Shown here: in pieces, positions 54,687-64,000 of the stretch
Position numbering within the stretch: the first letter of the stretch is position 1
Layout of the letters: each line of letters starts with the position of its first letter
Virus record (IMG/VR): IMGVR_UViG_3300044796_000662
Coordinates: 298,938 to 362,937 of that record
Length of the DNA: 64,000 nucleotides
Reading direction: 5' to 3' (one strand)
The notes under the pieces: generated by a model
Told to the model about the DNA's origin: nothing
Databases searched by the model: none
Seen by the model: the letters and a program-made list of their open reading frames with translations, nothing else
Program-made: the position numbers and the translations under genes

Positions 54687-57600
54687 GTCCCGACCTTCGC
54701 GGTGGGCGACGCCTTACGGCGCCGAGAGTCCAAAGGGACGACTTCGCCCATGCCGCCGATCATCGACCAGAGCTGCTTGCCGATCGACAGACCCGCAAGG
54801 TACTCGTCCTCTCCGAGCCCCGCCGCCTGGAGCGCGGACTCGGGGTCAAGGCCGTCCGTCGAGACCGAGACGGCAACCTTCTTCATGAGAAGGTCGTAGA
54901 GCGCCACCTGGAGAGTGCCCTTGTAGACCGGGACGTGGATCTCCGTGTCCCGAGTCTGCCCGATGCGATCAACGCGGCCGATGGCCTGACGGAACGTGAT
55001 CGCGTTGCAGCCAGGATTCTCCATCCAGATCTCGGCCGAGAAATGCACCAGGTTGTTCAAGCCGGTCTGAATCGCGACAGGGTTCGTGACCAGGATGCGG
55101 CGCCCCTTCTTGAGGATCTCGCGGTTGATCCAGTCCTGGCGCTTGCCCGTCGCAACCTTGTCCGCGTAGAGGATCGGCGCTTTCTCGCCCGTGCGCTTCT
55201 CGATGAGCCGCGCGAGCCGAGGCAGAAGCGCGACGTGCCAGGAGAAGACCATCACATTGCGGCCCTGCTCCAGCTTGCGCTCGATGAGATCGAGCATCCA
55301 CTCTTCCTTCGGAAGAAGCGTGTCCGAAGAGAACCCAGGCTGGCTGACGATGAGCTTACCCTCATCGACCGTCTCGGGGTAACGGATCTCGAAGTCGCCC
55401 GACTCGACGTTGCCCACGTCCGACGTCGCCCGGTCCAGGTAGCTCGGCAGCTCGGCAAGCTGGCCGAAGAGCTTTCCGGCCTTGCCATCGGTCGAGAACT
55501 GGTCAGCGCGGATCTGCGTGACGAGCTTGGTCTTGAGCGCCTCGAAGCGCGACAGAAGCTCGCGGCTCGGCTCAACCTCATGGCGATGCTGCGTGCATGC
55601 CGGGAGATCGATCGCGAGGTCAGCCTTGTGCAGCGTGACCGCGATCGGGAGCAGATGGCGCAGAAGGAAGAGCGGCAGCACCCCGGGGGCGCTCCCGATG
55701 ATGCGCTCCGAGCGGATCGTGACCCGGTCCGAATTCGAACCGAACTCCACGACCTTGCCCTCCAGATCCTTTTCCTGGACGGCGCGCTTCCGGTAGCCGT
55801 AGCGATCCACGAAGCGCTGGCGCTCCTCCCGACCGAACTCGGACCGGAAGTCGGCCGAGAGCGCCCACATGTTCATGAACAGCGACTCGGCGTAGCCGTT
55901 CATGATCGTGCCAGTCATCAGGATCGTCGGGAGGCCAAGGGTCGTCAGACGATGAGCCGAACGCTCCTGCGCGGACCCGTCCGTCGCGTACTCGTGCCCC
56001 TCGTCCAGGATCAGGAAATCGAAGAGATCGCGGTGGTAGCGGACGATGTGCTTCGCAAGCGCGACACGACGCGGCTCGGGGGACGCCCCGAACAGCTCCT
56101 CGCCGCACTCACGCGACCATCCGAACTGGCCGACGTGAGCCAGCGTCTCCAGCGCACGAACCGCCGCGTGAAGGCTGTAGCGCCCGTAGCCGTTCACGGT
56201 CACCACACCGCGATCGGTCCACTGGTACTTGATGTCAGAATCGTAGATCTTGACTTCCTTGAGGGCACGAAGATCGCCCTGCTCCCGCTGGAACGTCGAG
56301 AACGTGTAGTCGTACCCGCCCCGAGAAGGGTTGGCGGTGTTGAACGTCTCGACGGCCGCCTCGCCGTCCGGCCCGAGCAGGTGAAGGATCTGGCGAGAGA
56401 AGCTCTCCATGTGGCCCGTGAAAAGCTTCGACGCCACCTCCACGATCTTCGCATCGGAGCCCGCCGCGAGCAGTGAGAACACGATCGCCCGCTGGACGGC
56501 CGCCGAGAGCCCGAGTTCATCGTCCGACTTCAAGACACGGTCGGTGATGTTGTCGATTACGCGGTCGAGAGTGCCGAGCCCGAGACCCTTGAAGGTCCGC
56601 TTGACCCCAGACTCCGCGTAGTGCTTGGCGCGACGCGCATCGAAGCGGCCGTGCAGGATAGAACCCACGGTGCCCGAGGGCTCGAACGGCAGGAGCTTGA
56701 CGGCCAGCTCACGCGCCTCACGAGCCACCAGATCCTTGGCGATCAGCCGACGATGGGAGCAGCGGACGCGCTTCTTCGCGAGGGTATCCGCCTCGCCGAG
56801 CGTAGGAGCCCCGCACTTGGGGCACGAGCCCGCGGCGCCCTCCCACGAGTGCGAGAGCTTGGCAGCCTCGCGCGACATGATGCAGATCACGGTCCGGTCG
56901 CCCTTGATCTTCGCGACCCGCTCCAGATCTTCCACGTCAGCCAGGACATGAACCTCTGCGTCGGGAACGACAGCCGAGATCTGTTCCTTCCAGCCTTCGA
57001 GAAGATGCGGCGGGCACATGATGAGCGGACGATGAGCGCCGACCGTCCGCGCCGCCATGAGAGACACCGTGGACTTGCCCGAACCGATCTCGCCAAGCAG
57101 GATCGCGCTGCGGCCGCGACGGACCCTCTTGGGGGCGTTCGCACCGCCGAAGATCTTCACGAGCGCCTTGGTAACGTGGGTCTGCGCCGTGAAGAGCTTG
57201 CGGGGCGACGAGGCGAGAGTGATCGAGTCCCCGTCGCGGCGCGGATCGTAGAGCACCGGGCACTGGCGCTTCATTACGTCCATGAGGCTGTCGCCGTAGT
57301 GCGCCAGGAGATCCGCGACGTTCATCGAGGCAACGTCCTTCGAGCCCGTTGCTTCCGTGCCCGACGATAGCACGTGGTACTTGTGGGTCTCCAGATCCAG
57401 GACCGTGACGACGAGCTTGGGCTGCTGAACCTGAATGACGGTAGTGATCTCGCCGTCCTTGTTCTGCTTCTCCTCGATTGTCTTGTACTCCCGGTCGAAG
57501 ACGCCCTTGACGAGCAGCGCAGGGAGCACACCTTCGTCCGCGTCGATGCGAGCACCGTTGAACAGACCAGACGCGATACCGGCCGCGATGTGCGCAGGGC

Positions 57601-58567
57601 GCGGGGGGACCGCCAGCGGATACGTCCGAAGCATGAGTTCCTGGACAGGCACGTCCGGAAGCACACCGGGAATCGGAAGGGTCACGCCCGTCCGCGTCGA
57701 ATAGGACCACGGGCGCACCTTCGCGAGAATACCCGTGAGGTCCACCGGACGGATCTCCCACTCGTTGAGGCCGCCGTAGTGGCGCTTGGCGATGGGGATA
57801 GAGTAGAGCGGCTCGGAGCCTTCCGGGGGAAGCTCGGGCAACGTAGACGCATCGGCCGCCCACTCCTGGACTTGCGCGAGCACTTGAGGATCAGGTACGA
57901 GGAGAGGCTCACGCTTGCTGGCGATGAGCACCACCTGACGGTAGATGTCGAAGTCGGTACCCGGGAAACGGAAGCACCGCACGTCGCGGTACTCCTGCGC
58001 AAGGGTTTCGGCCGATGCCTTGAGCGCGTAGAAGGGCACGACGAAGAGCAGCACGCCGCCCATTGTCAGCGCCCGCGTGAAGCGCTCCAGGAACCGTTGC
58101 TCCAGCCGACCGTGCACCGGGTCAGTGTCGTAGGGAGGGTTCAGGTAGAGGAGCCCAACGCCGGTCTTGTTCGCGGTGCGCTCGAACATCGCGCGGAACG
58201 CGTCGCCCACCAGGGTGTCCTTCGCAATCGCGTAGGTGATGGACTCCAGGCTCTTCTTGAGCACGTCCGCCCGAGTCTTCTCCATCTCGCACGTGAAGAC
58301 GCGGATCTGATCAGCGGTTGCTCGGATCTCCTCGTCCGGACCGTAGAGCCGACGAATGAGCGCAAGAAGCGCGGCGCCCTCGCCCGCACAGGGGTCCATG
58401 AACGAGATCTCGCCCTTGGACGAGTCCTCCACGTACGTGTACGTGCCCGACGTGTGCATGACCGGAACAGGCATCCGGACCTTCGCGACGAGATCCGCGA
58501 TCCGCGATACGAGGTGCGGGGGCGTCGGGTAGTACCCACCCACCGCGACGCTTTCGAGCCTGGCCAT
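54683..58567 (-). CDS. fused class-I SAM DNA methyltransferase (DUF6094-like) and SNF2/SF2 helicase
   Basis: MARL…GYYPTP, DPCAGEG, LNPPY; GEIGSGKS, ILDEGHE, MTGT, QAIGRVDRIGQ. Confidence 0.92.
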   Translation of the reverse strand: MARLESVAVGGYYPTPPHLVSRIADLVAKVRMPVPVMHTSGTYTYVEDSSKGEISFMDPCAGEGAALLALIRRLYGPDEEIRATADQIRVFTCEMEKTRADVLKKSLESITYAIAKDTLVGDAFRAMFERTANKTGVGLLYLNPPYDTDPVHGRLEQRFLERFTRALTMGGVLLFVVPFYALKASAETLAQEYRDVRCFRFPGTDFDIYRQVVLIASKREPLLVPDPQVLAQVQEWAADASTLPELPPEGSEPLYSIPIAKRHYGGLNEWEIRPVDLTGILAKVRPWSYSTRTGVTLPIPGVLPDVPVQELMLRTYPLAVPPRPAHIAAGIASGLFNGARIDADEGVLPALLVKGVFDREYKTIEEKQNKDGEITTVIQVQQPKLVVTVLDLETHKYHVLSSGTEATGSKDVASMNVADLLAHYGDSLMDVMKRQCPVLYDPRRDGDSITLASSPRKLFTAQTHVTKALVKIFGGANAPKRVRRGRSAILLGEIGSGKSTVSLMAARTVGAHRPLIMCPPHLLEGWKEQISAVVPDAEVHVLADVEDLERVAKIKGDRTVICIMSREAAKLSHSWEGAAGSCPKCGAPTLGEADTLAKKRVRCSHRRLIAKDLVAREARELAVKLLPFEPSGTVGSILHGRFDARRAKHYAESGVKRTFKGLGLGTLDRVIDNITDRVLKSDDELGLSAAVQRAIVFSLLAAGSDAKIVEVASKLFTGHMESFSRQILHLLGPDGEAAVETFNTANPSRGGYDYTFSTFQREQGDLRALKEVKIYDSDIKYQWTDRGVVTVNGYGRYSLHAAVRALETLAHVGQFGWSRECGEELFGASPEPRRVALAKHIVRYHRDLFDFLILDEGHEYATDGSAQERSAHRLTTLGLPTILMTGTIMNGYAESLFMNMWALSADFRSEFGREERQRFVDRYGYRKRAVQEKDLEGKVVEFGSNSDRVTIRSERIIGSAPGVLPLFLLRHLLPIAVTLHKADLAIDLPACTQHRHEVEPSRELLSRFEALKTKLVTQIRADQFSTDGKAGKLFGQLAELPSYLDRATSDVGNVESGDFEIRYPETVDEGKLIVSQPGFSSDTLLPKEEWMLDLIERKLEQGRNVMVFSWHVALLPRLARLIEKRTGEKAPILYADKVATGKRQDWINREILKKGRRILVTNPVAIQTGLNNLVHFSAEIWMENPGCNAITFRQAIGRVDRIGQTRDTEIHVPVYKGTLQVALYDLLMKKVAVSVSTDGLDPESALQAAGLGEDEYLAGLSIGKQLWSMIGGMGEVVPLDSRRRKASPTAKVGT

Positions 58568-58586
58568 CGGAATCTCCCTCGAAGGA

Positions 58587-58615
58587 ACTACAACTCAAAG
58601 CCTACGGGAATCAAC
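58587..58615 (-). promoter_or_regulatory. conserved phage promoter, copy 5
   Basis: GTTGATTC-N11-GAGTTGTAGT; short leader with GAGGGAGA RBS. Confidence 0.75.
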
Positions 58616-59417
58616 GGGTCGCCAGGAAAAAACGATCCACCTCTTCCGAGAGCAACTCTTCGATCCTCGCGTGTTCAGCCTTGAACACAAGCCCGCGTGC
58701 GAGCCCGACCCTGTCGGTGTTGTACACATGGAATCGCAGCGACTGGTGGACGCCGAACTCCCTGTCCTGCCACGAACGGTGGGGTTCAGACGGCCAGGAA
58801 GCCAGCCCCTTGGACAGGCACGCCAACATGACCTGGAGGTAGAACCGACCGTCATGGTAGAGCGGCGCCCTCGTGCGTCGGTCCAGGGTGGCGCAGAACA
58901 GGAACGCCATGGGCACAAGCGCTTCGAGGTCGGCTGCCGAGACAGGGAACCCGAGCTTGACCGAGTGCTCGACGATCTCTTTCACGCCATCGATCTTCTG
59001 GCTCGCCAGGTAGCGCTTGTCCGGCATGAGCACGAAGGTTGCTCCCTTGGGGTCCACCATCCCGGGGTCGAATCGGAACAGATCCGCCATGCGGGCCGTC
59101 AAGATCGCGCCCTCAGTCTCGCGCTGCCACGTGTACTCGTAGCCGGCTGTCTTGAGCAGGACCAGCTTGTCAGAGCGCGACGCGGAGCGGAACCCGTGCG
59201 TCTCGCCGCCGTAGAGCACCTTGTGACCCAAGACCAGGTTGGCGTGGAACGGGCGCATTTCGGCATCGCTGGCCGAGAACATCGCGAAGATGGGCCGTTC
59301 GTCGTCCGTGTCCGTCTGCCCACCCTCCCACAGGGTGTCCGCTTCCGCGGAGGCAAGCAACGTCGCGAAGAACGTGCGTCCCTTGCCTTCCTTTGGTTCG
59401 ATTCGAACGTCACGCAT
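58611..59417 (-). CDS. hypothetical protein
   Basis: 268 aa; directly upstream of the MTase-helicase. Confidence 0.75.
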   Translation of the reverse strand: MRDVRIEPKEGKGRTFFATLLASAEADTLWEGGQTDTDDERPIFAMFSASDAEMRPFHANLVLGHKVLYGGETHGFRSASRSDKLVLLKTAGYEYTWQRETEGAILTARMADLFRFDPGMVDPKGATFVLMPDKRYLASQKIDGVKEIVEHSVKLGFPVSAADLEALVPMAFLFCATLDRRTRAPLYHDGRFYLQVMLACLSKGLASWPSEPHRSWQDREFGVHQSLRFHVYNTDRVGLARGLVFKAEHARIEELLSEEVDRFFLATR

Positions 59418-59435
59418 GGTGCCCTCTGAAGCGGT

Positions 59436-59464
59436 ACTACAACCCGAAGTCGGCCAGAATCAAC
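59436..59464 (-). promoter_or_regulatory. conserved phage promoter, copy 6
   Basis: GTTGATTC-N11-GGGTTGTAGT; short leader with GAGGG RBS. Confidence 0.8.
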
Positions 59465-59699
59465 TTGTGGTCGTACGGAGGGCTTCCTCGACACGATGAC
59501 ACCGGGCGGAATGCGCGGCATCCGCGAGGTTGAAGCGGCGGCAGTTGTGGAGCCCGGTGGCGATGATGCTTTCGAGGCGCTGGATCTCGTGCTTGGACGC
59601 CCTCTTCAGGCTCTTCATGTGCTCCGCGGTCGCCATGGTGCACTCGACCATGTAGCAGAGCGCTTCGCCCGCGTTCGGGAACACCTTGATGTCGTCCAT
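59460..59699 (-). CDS. hypothetical protein
   Basis: 79 aa; GGTGTA motif 11 nt upstream. Confidence 0.6.
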   Translation of the reverse strand: MDDIKVFPNAGEALCYMVECTMATAEHMKSLKRASKHEIQRLESIIATGLHNCRRFNLADAAHSARCHRVEEALRTTTS

Positions 59700-59724
59700 T
59701 GTCTTTTCCTTACACCGTTGGGGG

Positions 59725-60069
59725 TTAGCGGCGGAGCAGTTCCGCCATGAGCTTGGTGATGGTGATCCGCAGGGCCAGTGAGGTGCCCTCGGGCCAGTCG
59801 CCCTCGAAGTGTTCCCCGCCGAGGGACGAGTAGACGATCTGCGCCTCGTCGAACGTCAGCCGGCCGCCCGCGAACGCCCGCGACTGCGTCTGCTGGTAGA
59901 CGAAGAACTCGTCGGACGTCAGCGAGGCGGTCTTCTTGAGCGACTCCAGCTTGTCGGCAGGCAGCGTCGCCAGTCGCCCCTCGATCAGGGCGACGGCCGC
60001 CTCGATGCGGTTCGGCTTCGCACCCAAGAGAGTGTTAAGGGACATGGGGGTGACGGTCTTGGTGGCCAT
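59725..60069 (-). CDS. hypothetical protein
   Basis: 114 aa; GAGGT RBS. Confidence 0.65.
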   Translation of the reverse strand: MATKTVTPMSLNTLLGAKPNRIEAAVALIEGRLATLPADKLESLKKTASLTSDEFFVYQQTQSRAFAGGRLTFDEAQIVYSSLGGEHFEGDWPEGTSLALRITITKLMAELLRR

Positions 60070-60073
60070 GGGA

Positions 60074-60310
60074 TTACCTCAGCTCCAGTGCGTAGTAGGG
60101 CGTGGACCGTCCCTCCGCGAAGACGCGGAAGATGCGCTCCGCACCTTCGGTCAGAAGGCCCGGCAGGGAGGACCAGCGTTCCACGAGCTTCAACTCAGCG
60201 TGTCCCGGGAAGACCCCCAGGAACCCGTCCAGCGCCGCTCGTGTGCTCTGAACGCCGACGAACTCTGTCTGCTCGAACTTCTCGTGCCGGACGATGACGA
60301 ATGCGGCCAT
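60074..60310 (-). CDS. hypothetical early protein
   Basis: Leaderless ATG after the promoter. Confidence 0.65.
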   Translation of the reverse strand: MAAFVIVRHEKFEQTEFVGVQSTRAALDGFLGVFPGHAELKLVERWSSLPGLLTEGAERIFRVFAEGRSTPYYALELR

Positions 60311-60316
60311 GAGGGT

Positions 60317-60345
60317 ACTACAACCCGAAGTGCGCCGGAATCAAC
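60317..60345 (-). promoter_or_regulatory. conserved phage promoter, copy 7 (divergent pair)
   Basis: GTTGATTC-N11-GGGTTGTAGT; ATG 6 nt downstream. Confidence 0.8.
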
Positions 60346-60397
60346 CCGTTCTGTAAGTGCTCGGATCCGCAGCCGTTTCATGTTTTTTATCGGGCCG

Positions 60398-60426
60398 GTT
60401 GATTCCCGCCCGGCTCGGGTTGTAGT
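60398..60426 (+). promoter_or_regulatory. conserved phage promoter, copy 8 (divergent pair)
   Basis: GTTGATTC-N11-GGGTTGTAGT; ATG at 60433. Confidence 0.8.
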
Positions 60427-60432
60427 GCATGC

Positions 60433-60819
60433 ATGGACGCCAACCAGTTTCGCAACGCGATCGACTTCGACCGTAGCCTGGCCGTGGGTCAGGTGGTGGA
60501 AGCCCGCTGGACCGCGAACCACTGCGAGCACGCGGTGCGCGCTGAGATCGTGAAGCTCAATGAGAAGAGCCTTCGCGTGAAGCTCCTCGAAGAGGTCTCG
60601 ACCGTGGGCGGTTTCAAGTACCCCGTGGGCCATTCGATCTCGCTGCCGCGCCTCCTCGCGTTCGACAAGGTCTCGATCAAGAACTGTGCTGCGGCTCTGC
60701 CCAAGTTCAAGCGCGGCGAGATCATCGAGGGCCGGGGCAAGGTCGTGGAGGTCTGGTTCACCACCTACAGCCACGAGTACCGCTGCGAGGGTGAGAAGGT
60801 TCCTTCATCCGCTATCTGA
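60433..60819 (+). CDS. hypothetical early protein (SH3/KOW-like beta barrel possible)
   Basis: GQVVEARW…AEIVKLNEKSLRV pattern. Confidence 0.7.
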   Translation: MDANQFRNAIDFDRSLAVGQVVEARWTANHCEHAVRAEIVKLNEKSLRVKLLEEVSTVGGFKYPVGHSISLPRLLAFDKVSIKNCAAALPKFKRGEIIEGRGKVVEVWFTTYSHEYRCEGEKVPSSAI

Positions 60820-60859
60820 GTTCACCTAGTTGGGGTACAATCACCGCCACGAGGACATC

Positions 60860-62338
60860 ATGGGTTGGTACGAAGCAAGTAAGAAGGGCCTGGAGAAGAT
60901 CGCGCGTCGTCGGGGGCTCACGTACGTCCTCTTCGAGCTGGTCCAGAACGCGTGGGACACCGGAGCCAAGGAGGTCAAGGTGACCTTCACTCCCGTCGAT
61001 GGTCGCCCGCTTGTGGATGTCGTCGTCGAGGACGACGATCCGGACGGGTTCAAGAACCTCACGCACGCGTGGACGCTCTTCGCCGAGTCGGAGAAGAAGG
61101 GTGACCCCGAGAAGCGCGGCAAGTTCAATCTTGGCGAGAAGCTTGTCCTCGCGGTCTGCGAGAGCGCCGAGATCGTCTCGACCACTGGCAACGTGCGCTT
61201 CGACGAAGACGGCGAGGGCCGCCACGTCGGCCGCAAGCGTACCGAGAAGGGCTCGGTCTTCCAGGGTCGCGTCAAGATGACCCGCGAGGAGCTGATGGAC
61301 GTCCTCGCGGCCGCACGTCGCCTCATCCCGCCGCCCGGCGTCTCGACCACCATCAACGGGGAGCCCCTGCACACGAGGCCGCGCATCAAGGCCATCGAGT
61401 GCACGCTCGCGACGGAGATCGCCAACGAGGAAGGCTTCCTCGTTCCGCGCCAGCGCAAGACTACGGTCAACGTCTACGCGCCCGCCATCCAGACCGAGGG
61501 CTGGCTCTACGAGATGGGGATCCCCGTCTGCCAGACCGGCGATCAGTGGGACGTGGACATCATGCAGAAGGTCCCCGTCAACCTGGAGCGTAACAGCGTC
61601 AGCGAGGCGTACCTGCGCACCGTGCGCGTCTTCCTCCTGAACGAGTTGTTCGATCAGCTTCGCCCCGAAGACGCGGCCACGCCCGCCGTACAGGCCGCGC
61701 TGACCGACGAACGTGTGAAGCCGGAAGCCGTCGAGGTCGTGCTCACGCACCAGTACGGGGAGAAGCGCGCCATCTTCGATCCGAGCGATCAAGAGGCCAA
61801 CCGCCGTCTCGTCGCCGATGGGTACGCCCTCATCCCGCCCCGCGCCTTCACGAAGGACGCGTGGAAGAACATCCGGTCGAGCGGGGCCGCGCTTCCGAGC
61901 GGCCAGATCCGCCCGACCCCGAACCCATACGAGGGCGGTCCCGGCTCGCCGTCCGCGGAGTTCATCCCCGAGGACGAGTGGACGCCCGAGCTGCGGGGGA
62001 TGGCGGAATACTGCACGGACCTCGCGTGGAAGCTGATCCGCCGCTCGATCAAGGTCCGCTTCGAGAAGAAGCGCATGACCGATTCGTGGGGCGCGAACTA
62101 CGGCTCGTGCACGCTGACGTTCAACTACGACCGGCTCGGCAAGAACTGGTTCAACGAGCCGCGCGAGGATGTCAACGGTCTGATCATCCACGAGCTGGCG
62201 CACCAGTTCGAGAGCAACCACCTCTCGACGGAGTTCTACCACGCGATCCAACGCCTCGGCGCGAAGCTTGGGGACTTCATGTACGTCGAGCCCGAGTTCT
62301 TCAAGCGCCACGGCTACAAGCCGACGCACCACGGTTGA
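60860..62338 (+). CDS. GHKL (HSP90/MutL-like) ATPase fused to a C-terminal HExxH metallopeptidase-like domain
   Basis: ELVQNAWD, EDDDPDGF, GKFNLGEK; C-terminal IIHELAH. Confidence 0.85.
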   Translation: MGWYEASKKGLEKIARRRGLTYVLFELVQNAWDTGAKEVKVTFTPVDGRPLVDVVVEDDDPDGFKNLTHAWTLFAESEKKGDPEKRGKFNLGEKLVLAVCESAEIVSTTGNVRFDEDGEGRHVGRKRTEKGSVFQGRVKMTREELMDVLAAARRLIPPPGVSTTINGEPLHTRPRIKAIECTLATEIANEEGFLVPRQRKTTVNVYAPAIQTEGWLYEMGIPVCQTGDQWDVDIMQKVPVNLERNSVSEAYLRTVRVFLLNELFDQLRPEDAATPAVQAALTDERVKPEAVEVVLTHQYGEKRAIFDPSDQEANRRLVADGYALIPPRAFTKDAWKNIRSSGAALPSGQIRPTPNPYEGGPGSPSAEFIPEDEWTPELRGMAEYCTDLAWKLIRRSIKVRFEKKRMTDSWGANYGSCTLTFNYDRLGKNWFNEPREDVNGLIIHELAHQFESNHLSTEFYHAIQRLGAKLGDFMYVEPEFFKRHGYKPTHHG

Positions 62339-62349
62339 GGAGAAGTACC

Positions 62350-62643
62350 ATGCCCGACTCACAGCACCGCGACCCCAAGGCCCTCGCTCTCCTGCCCGAG
62401 GGCATGCACGACAGCATCGTTGCGTACATCGAGCACGGCATCCCGCTCGGGCACTTCCTCTACGCCCTGCTCACGAACGACTTCATGGGCGCTGTCAGGC
62501 GTGCCGACGAAGAGAACCTGCCAGCCCTCGGCAACTGGGGGACGTACCTCTACAACTACGCACCCTCCCGCTGCTTCGGCTCGGTCGAGCGTGTGCACGT
62601 GTGGCAAGACAAGGGCGGCCTTCTCGGGAAGTCGAGGCAGTGA
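62350..62643 (+). CDS. hypothetical protein
   Basis: YIEHG.P.G.FL.ALL.NDF..AV.RAD..N pattern typical of small phage proteins. Confidence 0.7.
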   Translation: MPDSQHRDPKALALLPEGMHDSIVAYIEHGIPLGHFLYALLTNDFMGAVRRADEENLPALGNWGTYLYNYAPSRCFGSVERVHVWQDKGGLLGKSRQ

Positions 62644-62831
62644 TGTTCAACCTCTCGAACAAGCAGAAGTTTTACTTCGAGGCGAGCTTCTTCACGTTCA
62701 TGCTCGTCTACCTGATGATCGGGTGGGATCAGATCAGCATGGCATGGCGCGGATTCTCGGTTGCCTTCATCACGTACCTGCTCCTGAACACTGTCAGCGC
62801 TTGGCGCCAGTGGACCAAGGAGAAGCCGTGA
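62643..62831 (+). CDS. small two-TM membrane protein
   Basis: Two hydrophobic helices; coupled start. Confidence 0.6.
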   Translation: MFNLSNKQKFYFEASFFTFMLVYLMIGWDQISMAWRGFSVAFITYLLLNTVSAWRQWTKEKP

Positions 62832-64000
62832 AAGTCGATCCCGCCGTCATCCTGGCGAAGCTTCGGGCCGAGGAGCGCCCACTGGTCAACATCCACACGG
62901 GTCCCCTGGAGGAGATGCGGGAACTCCGTCCCGGAGGGATGAAGGCCAACGAGTACGTCGAGGAGTGGCTCTCACAGCCTGGCCACGAGGCCCCCACGGG
63001 CGAGACCCCGGAACAGCTCGAACGCTACTACGTGGACACCGCCGAGTTGGCGTACGGGATGTCCTGGAAGTACACGAGCAACGACTTCGAAGCGTTCGAA
63101 CTCATGCGACAGGTCGTCTACGCGCGAGCCGTCGTAGGGGACAAGGACGCCAAGCAGTTCCTTCCGCACGTCATGACGACGGACGCCTTCAACGCCTTCG
63201 GCTGGCACGGCAAGTGGTACCACTACGGCTGCCAGTCCCTCGACATCGACGACAAGTACGCGGCCTCCCTCTGCGCGACGAAGATCTCTCCGAGCGAACT
63301 CGAACACGTCGAGCTGCCGTGGCCGTGCTTCCTCGTGCGCATCCCGAAGTTCCTCCGAGGGCTCGTGATCAACGGTGAGGAGGTGCGTCACATTCTGGTC
63401 AACCACGTGCGCTACCAAGGACGCGTCTCCCTGAGCAGTGCACCGGAGCAGGACAACCTCACGACCGACCATGAGGAGTACAGGCTGCACCTGCTCACGC
63501 CGAACAAGTACCGCATCCTGCCGGCCAGGACGCTCGCGCAGTGGGCCGAGCCGAACCCCATGAAGTCGTACGACGAGTTCCGTCTCGTCGAGGTCGAGTA
63601 CGGAGAGATCGATCGCCGGCAGCTCGAAGTGCTCGGGCGGCTCGTGCTCGGGGCGGTCATCGCGATGAACGACCCCAAGGTCCACAAGCGCTACGGTCCC
63701 ATCCTGCCGGGGCACGAACCTTCGATCGGGAGCCCACGCTACGGCACCGACAACAAGGTGGTGCTCCACAAGTTCGGGCGGCCCGTCAAGATCGACGCAC
63801 GGGAGACCATCGACGCGTACGTGAGCGGCAAGGCCGGGCGGGTCACGAACGTTCGCACCCTCGTCGCCGGCCACTGGAAGTGGCAGCCGCATGGGACCAG
63901 GAGTGCACTGCGCAAGTGGAAGCACATCGAATGCTACTGGCGCGGAGACGAGGACGCCCCGCGGATCATCCGCCCGCATGTTCTGACAGGAGAGGGCTAG
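62828..64000 (+). CDS. hypothetical phage protein
   Basis: ~390 aa; C-terminal VAGHWKWQPHG…KWKHIE.YWRG motif common in phage proteins. Confidence 0.75.
   Translation: MKVDPAVILAKLRAEERPLVNIHTGPLEEMRELRPGGMKANEYVEEWLSQPGHEAPTGETPEQLERYYVDTAELAYGMSWKYTSNDFEAFELMRQVVYARAVVGDKDAKQFLPHVMTTDAFNAFGWHGKWYHYGCQSLDIDDKYAASLCATKISPSELEHVELPWPCFLVRIPKFLRGLVINGEEVRHILVNHVRYQGRVSLSSAPEQDNLTTDHEEYRLHLLTPNKYRILPARTLAQWAEPNPMKSYDEFRLVEVEYGEIDRRQLEVLGRLVLGAVIAMNDPKVHKRYGPILPGHEPSIGSPRYGTDNKVVLHKFGRPVKIDARETIDAYVSGKAGRVTNVRTLVAGHWKWQPHGTRSALRKWKHIECYWRGDEDAPRIIRPHVLTGEG

Overview
This is a 64-kb segment of a large, GC-rich dsDNA bacteriophage genome (jumbo-phage-like), probably infecting a myxobacterium (Myxococcota). 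The host inference rests on a TIGR04563-like small RHH protein and a myxobacterial-type Cys-motif/sigma70-region-4 protein. No capsid, terminase, integrase, rRNA or CRISPR array is visible. From left to right: (1) 1-4.4 kb, a minus-strand tRNA array of 12 conventional tRNAs plus several aberrant tRNA-like genes. It also holds an uncharacterised ~250-aa protein followed by a ~450-nt RNA built from two tandem circularly permuted tRNA mimics (T-arm and 3' acceptor strand before the 5' acceptor strand and D-arm) separated by CUCAGA-type repeats. This protein+RNA unit is the most novel-looking element in the window. (2) 6-12 kb, a GIY-YIG nuclease, an intein-split DNA methyltransferase, a catalytically dead paralogue of it, and two sigma-factor-like proteins. 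(3) 13-25 kb, small early genes, dcd, def and a zincin protein. (4) 25-34 kb, an array of tail-fibre/receptor-binding proteins with shared N-terminal adaptor domains. (5) 34-52 kb, host-like metabolic genes (UDP-sugar dehydrogenase, phosphatases, coaD, CYTH, C1 peptidase) and a vWA/PspA-like/OmpA-fused ABC transporter operon. (6) 52-64 kb, early genes, a methyltransferase-SNF2 helicase fusion and a GHKL ATPase-metallopeptidase. Eight copies of a 29-bp promoter (GTTGATTC-N11-GGGTTGTAGT) mostly sit exactly 6 nt before an ATG, implying leaderless mRNAs. All product names come from motif recognition by eye, with no database searches; start codons are best estimates.
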